From Phoronis australis (Eukaryota > Animalia > Phoronida): 53,707 bases of DNA. Below, piece by piece: positions 50,183-53,707 of the stretch (its first letter is position 1; every line of letters begins with the position of its first letter). The position numbers and the translations under genes were made by a program. The notes under the pieces are model-generated. The model was not told the DNA's origin and made no database searches. It saw only the letters and a program-made list of their open reading frames with translations. Where the stretch lies: contig NMRA01001111.1 in assembly GCA_002633005.1 (NCBI GenBank), positions 1 to 53,707 of the forward strand, written 5' to 3'.

Positions 50183-50289
50183 ATGGCGGAGTATCACTGT
50201 CCAGATGCGAAGAAAGTTCAAGCTTTAAATGATATTGCCAACAAGATACGAATACACAGCATAGAATCGACTACTGCTGCTGGATCTGG
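50183..50289 (+). CDS. TKT: Transketolase, first coding exon (no further exons recognised in the window)
   Basis: [36 protein letters not shown] followed by a GTAAGT donor. Matches the animal TKT N-terminus preceding GHPT. Confidence 0.92.
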
Positions 50290-51669
50290 GTAAGTGTATA
50301 TTTACATATAATTGAATGACATTGCTGAAATTTTGCAAAATATGCAAGTCAAAATAAACCGGCGTTTTGCCCCGTGCCTGGCAAGTTCAGCTTCGCTGCC
50401 GCTGGGCCATAACAAGCATGGCGAATTGTATAATGCTGTTTCCTGTTTCGACATCCGCCAACGAGAGCGAGCAACCCTTGAGAATTTAATCTGCCTGAAG
50501 TTCAAACGGACGTTGAATTCTCCATTTACTTTAATTCTGAATTGCGAACTCCTGTGCATGAAATGTGAACAGAACAGAAGATGATTATTTTATGGGTCAT
50601 TCTCAGATATTAGCAACTTTGGTCCTGACTTTTTTAAATGGTATTTTTATGAAATAAAAAAAAATGAAATTGGTTTGGTGTTGTTTTATTTTATTGATAA
50701 CGTGCTAAAGAGACAAAATAAATAGTTTGTGCACATTCGGTGAAAAATTACATGAAGTTGCGTTTTATTTACAACGCATATCGGTCAGCCTGTTCAGATC
50801 TGCTATAGGGGATCATTATCTCTTTTCTGATTTTGTATACCTTACCCTATTGTGCCTGCATTGACTTTCATAATAAAGGGCTATTGTGGAGATGTTTAAA
50901 CTGTAGGCTTGGGTAACAATAGGCATTCCTCTGCCTGTTACTAAAGACCAAGCTACACCACAAGGGAAAGCACTATGTTCAGCCTTTAGCTGGCCAAGCT
51001 TAGATATCTATGTCCATTTCAGTTGGCAGTGTTTTCGAAGAACTTCGGCCCAAGTATAAATATTACACTTCATTTCCCTCTGATAGCATGAAGCGCGCTT
51101 ATCCCGAGTAAGAGATGATGGCTGTTGGAAGTTTAAACATTTGAAATGTTCGTTGTAAAAGGATGTTTCACGAATACCATAATCATAGCTAGGGCCAAAA
51201 CAGAACAGTATTTTTAAAGTCATAAGTTTTTTACTATTCAAAGGCCACCTATTCTGATAGTGTTTTTGAATTCCAAGTTCGTACGCCACATGATGCATCG
51301 TCTGAGCAGTCTCAAAACTCCCCAGAAATAAGTAACTGGTGTCAAATTCACGCTACTCTTGATTTAAAATACGTAGGACATTTGTGCACTGAGATAGTAC
51401 AATTCTCTGATCCCATTAGAAGACTAATCAATCGCGAGCATGCGCGCGCCCAGCCTTGAAAATGGGGGGCTCGAATTTCTGTCCATGTGGACAAAAAAAT
51501 CGAGAGGACTAAAAGAACGGGGTATGACCTATCAGAACTGTGCGTATGCATCTTTTTTAGTGGACTTCTGTCTCCTTTTCTCGGACTTTTCGTTTAGTCT
51601 AGTCTGAGTGACGACAAGGTTTGTTTCTCGGCAAGTTGGGCATCAATTTTCGCCGTTCAACGACTGTAT

Positions 51670-52585
51670 GTACCGTAATAACCGCCCATGCCCCTATATA
51701 AGCGCCCCCCACGCGTTTTCAGACTTTGCTGAAATAAGCGCCCAGTCCATGAACGTGTACACGGGAACAATGACGTACCTACAGTCCTAAAACTCGGCTA
51801 CAGTAACGTCTTCAATTTATCAAAAAAGTTTTGCACGGGTCTTCTAGACCAACAGCGGCACTGCTACGTTTGTATTTAGCCGTGACTTTACACTTCAAAG
51901 TAACGCAGCGCTTCAAAAAGAACGCAACAGCGTTGCTACTCTCTCGCGACGACCGTGTCCCACTCTATGGTCTGACCATAGATATTATGGTCTGACCTTT
52001 CGGTAGACACATCGACTGTCTCATGAATAAAAATAACTCGGTGTTAAACGCACGTGGCCAGGAAGCGCGCGCGCTACATACATGAACCTGTCATCAAAGA
52101 CCTTAGTCGGGAATTTTCCATTCATGAAACGGGTAGCATAGCATCGATAAGAAATGAATATTGGCACTAATTTCCGACAATGTCTAATACTATAAAACAT
52201 GTTTGCGTTATTTTTGAGATGTACTGTTTGATTAACCATAATTGGTGTTTTTAAGCCGAACATCCGATGAAGTGACAACTGACAGTGAATGCTTACACAC
52301 CCTTACACCGAAAAATAACTGTCAGATAGTTACGTACGCATCCAGCTACACGGCGACTAATATGGGCCTTACCGAGACAAGTGTCGAAAGTTTTTAGCAC
52401 GAGACCGGCGAGTGCTGAATGAAACACGCTTTGGTTTAGGCCTGCTGCCTGTGCAAATTTCTTTAGACACATCTAGCTAGTTAGAGTGTGTGCCTCTGGC
52501 CAAAAGACGGTCTCTGCTTTGGCAAATGAACTCTGGTGACACGCACGCGCTCGCTTATTCGCAGACGAACTTCAAAACAAACGTC
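51670..52585 (+). mobile_element. Second, longer copy of the element at 22579-23090
   Basis: TACCGTAATAACCGCCCATGCCCCTATATAAGCGCCCCCC start and shared internal blocks. Confidence 0.65.
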
Positions 52586-53707
52586 ACGTGACAACATGTT
52601 TGTTCGTCCAGACATTTTTCTCGCCGTGTTGCCGATCATACATGTAGATGCACAGATTTGTATTTAAACCTGCCGTTAATCCAGACTCCACGGGAACTTA
52701 AAAAATCTTAGAGATGCTACTTATAAAACTTAATGAGGATTTTAGGTAATTTGCTTGAGTCAAAACCATTTTTATTCAATCATTGAAATCGCCATATCGA
52801 AGACGGTGATTTCGAGGCAGTCAGTTGGCGAGTTTTCGCCCTGGAATTTCAGCACAATTTTCTGTAAAATGGTTGTAATTTAGCTGCAAAGTTTGATAGC
52901 AATGCACCACAGTTTTGTTGAAAGTCTTTCATAGATTACATATACGTCATAGAGCGTAAATTTTATGAATCTTAGCTTCCGATTTCACCCGTTTCGGAGA
53001 CCGGGTTTCAACCGCCTTGGGGTACAATATCTGAAACTTCTATTCTGGTGTCTGCTCAAGGCCTAGTTAATGCTTACGTAATACTGCACAAGCGATTTGT
53101 GTGGTTGGCTGGCTCACTATAGGGCTATTGTTAGGACGGCTTTGTCATGGCAACTGGGATAGCGAAGTGGTCACTCCCTGAGAGGGCTGACCCTCATGAG
53201 CGATTTTGGGGGCGGCCATTTTGTGACATGTTGACAGAGTATTTGTTTCATTATGTTTTTACGCATTCGGGTAGTTTTTTCTCACATTAAAGTACACCGA
53301 ACAAAAGAGTAGGCATCATATTTGTGGTAGATTCTGCACAGATGAAAAATAAACATGTTCCAAACAAAAAAAAAACAAACTTCAAAACGAGCATTCGCCC
53401 GTTACGGTGTCGGTCAAAGAAATCGCTCATATCACGTTTATTTTTCTCGGTTAAGAGAACAGTGGGTCAGACTGGATTAAGAACGAAATAATTGCTTCTA
53501 AAGATGTTTTTAAAACAGTCTATAATTCCACGTCTTATTGTGATCACGTATTTCTATAATCGATAAAAGAAATTTTTAATGCAAATGTCGGTCAAACAAT
53601 AACGGGCGCAACTCGAGTCCAAAAACTCACGATTTCGAACAAGTTGAAAGCCTCTGCCATAACACGAGACAAGTGACCTCACTTGTGTAGAACGTCATAA
53701 CTCCATT

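Overview
Eukaryotic, intron-rich and transposon-dense DNA, by inference from a marine invertebrate such as a mollusc or other lophotrochozoan. Three host genes are recognisable from spliced exons: the 5' part of a threonine synthase-like gene (THNSL2-like, minus strand, running off the window start), an almost complete uridine phosphorylase gene (UPP, plus strand, 7 exons, 24428-40702), and the first exon of transketolase (TKT, 50183-50289). The most unusual region is 7.2-12.6 kb. It holds a Mag-type Ty3/Gypsy family with very short 112-114 bp LTRs, present as two near-complementary halves: a pol-only copy with two LTRs, a TSD and an in-frame ATG formed at the LTR/PBS junction, and a gag-protease-only copy. 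Between them are a MITE and an unrelated 153-bp LTR that contains a tRNA-like Pol III promoter. Other points of note are a five-fold tandem duplication of a UPP splice acceptor, hAT-like elements with 5-bp and 6-bp TSDs, nested long inverted repeats, a dimeric ~140-bp satellite, a Helentron/HINE, a decayed piggyBac and a THAP fragment cut by an LTR. All calls are by eye and no searches were run.
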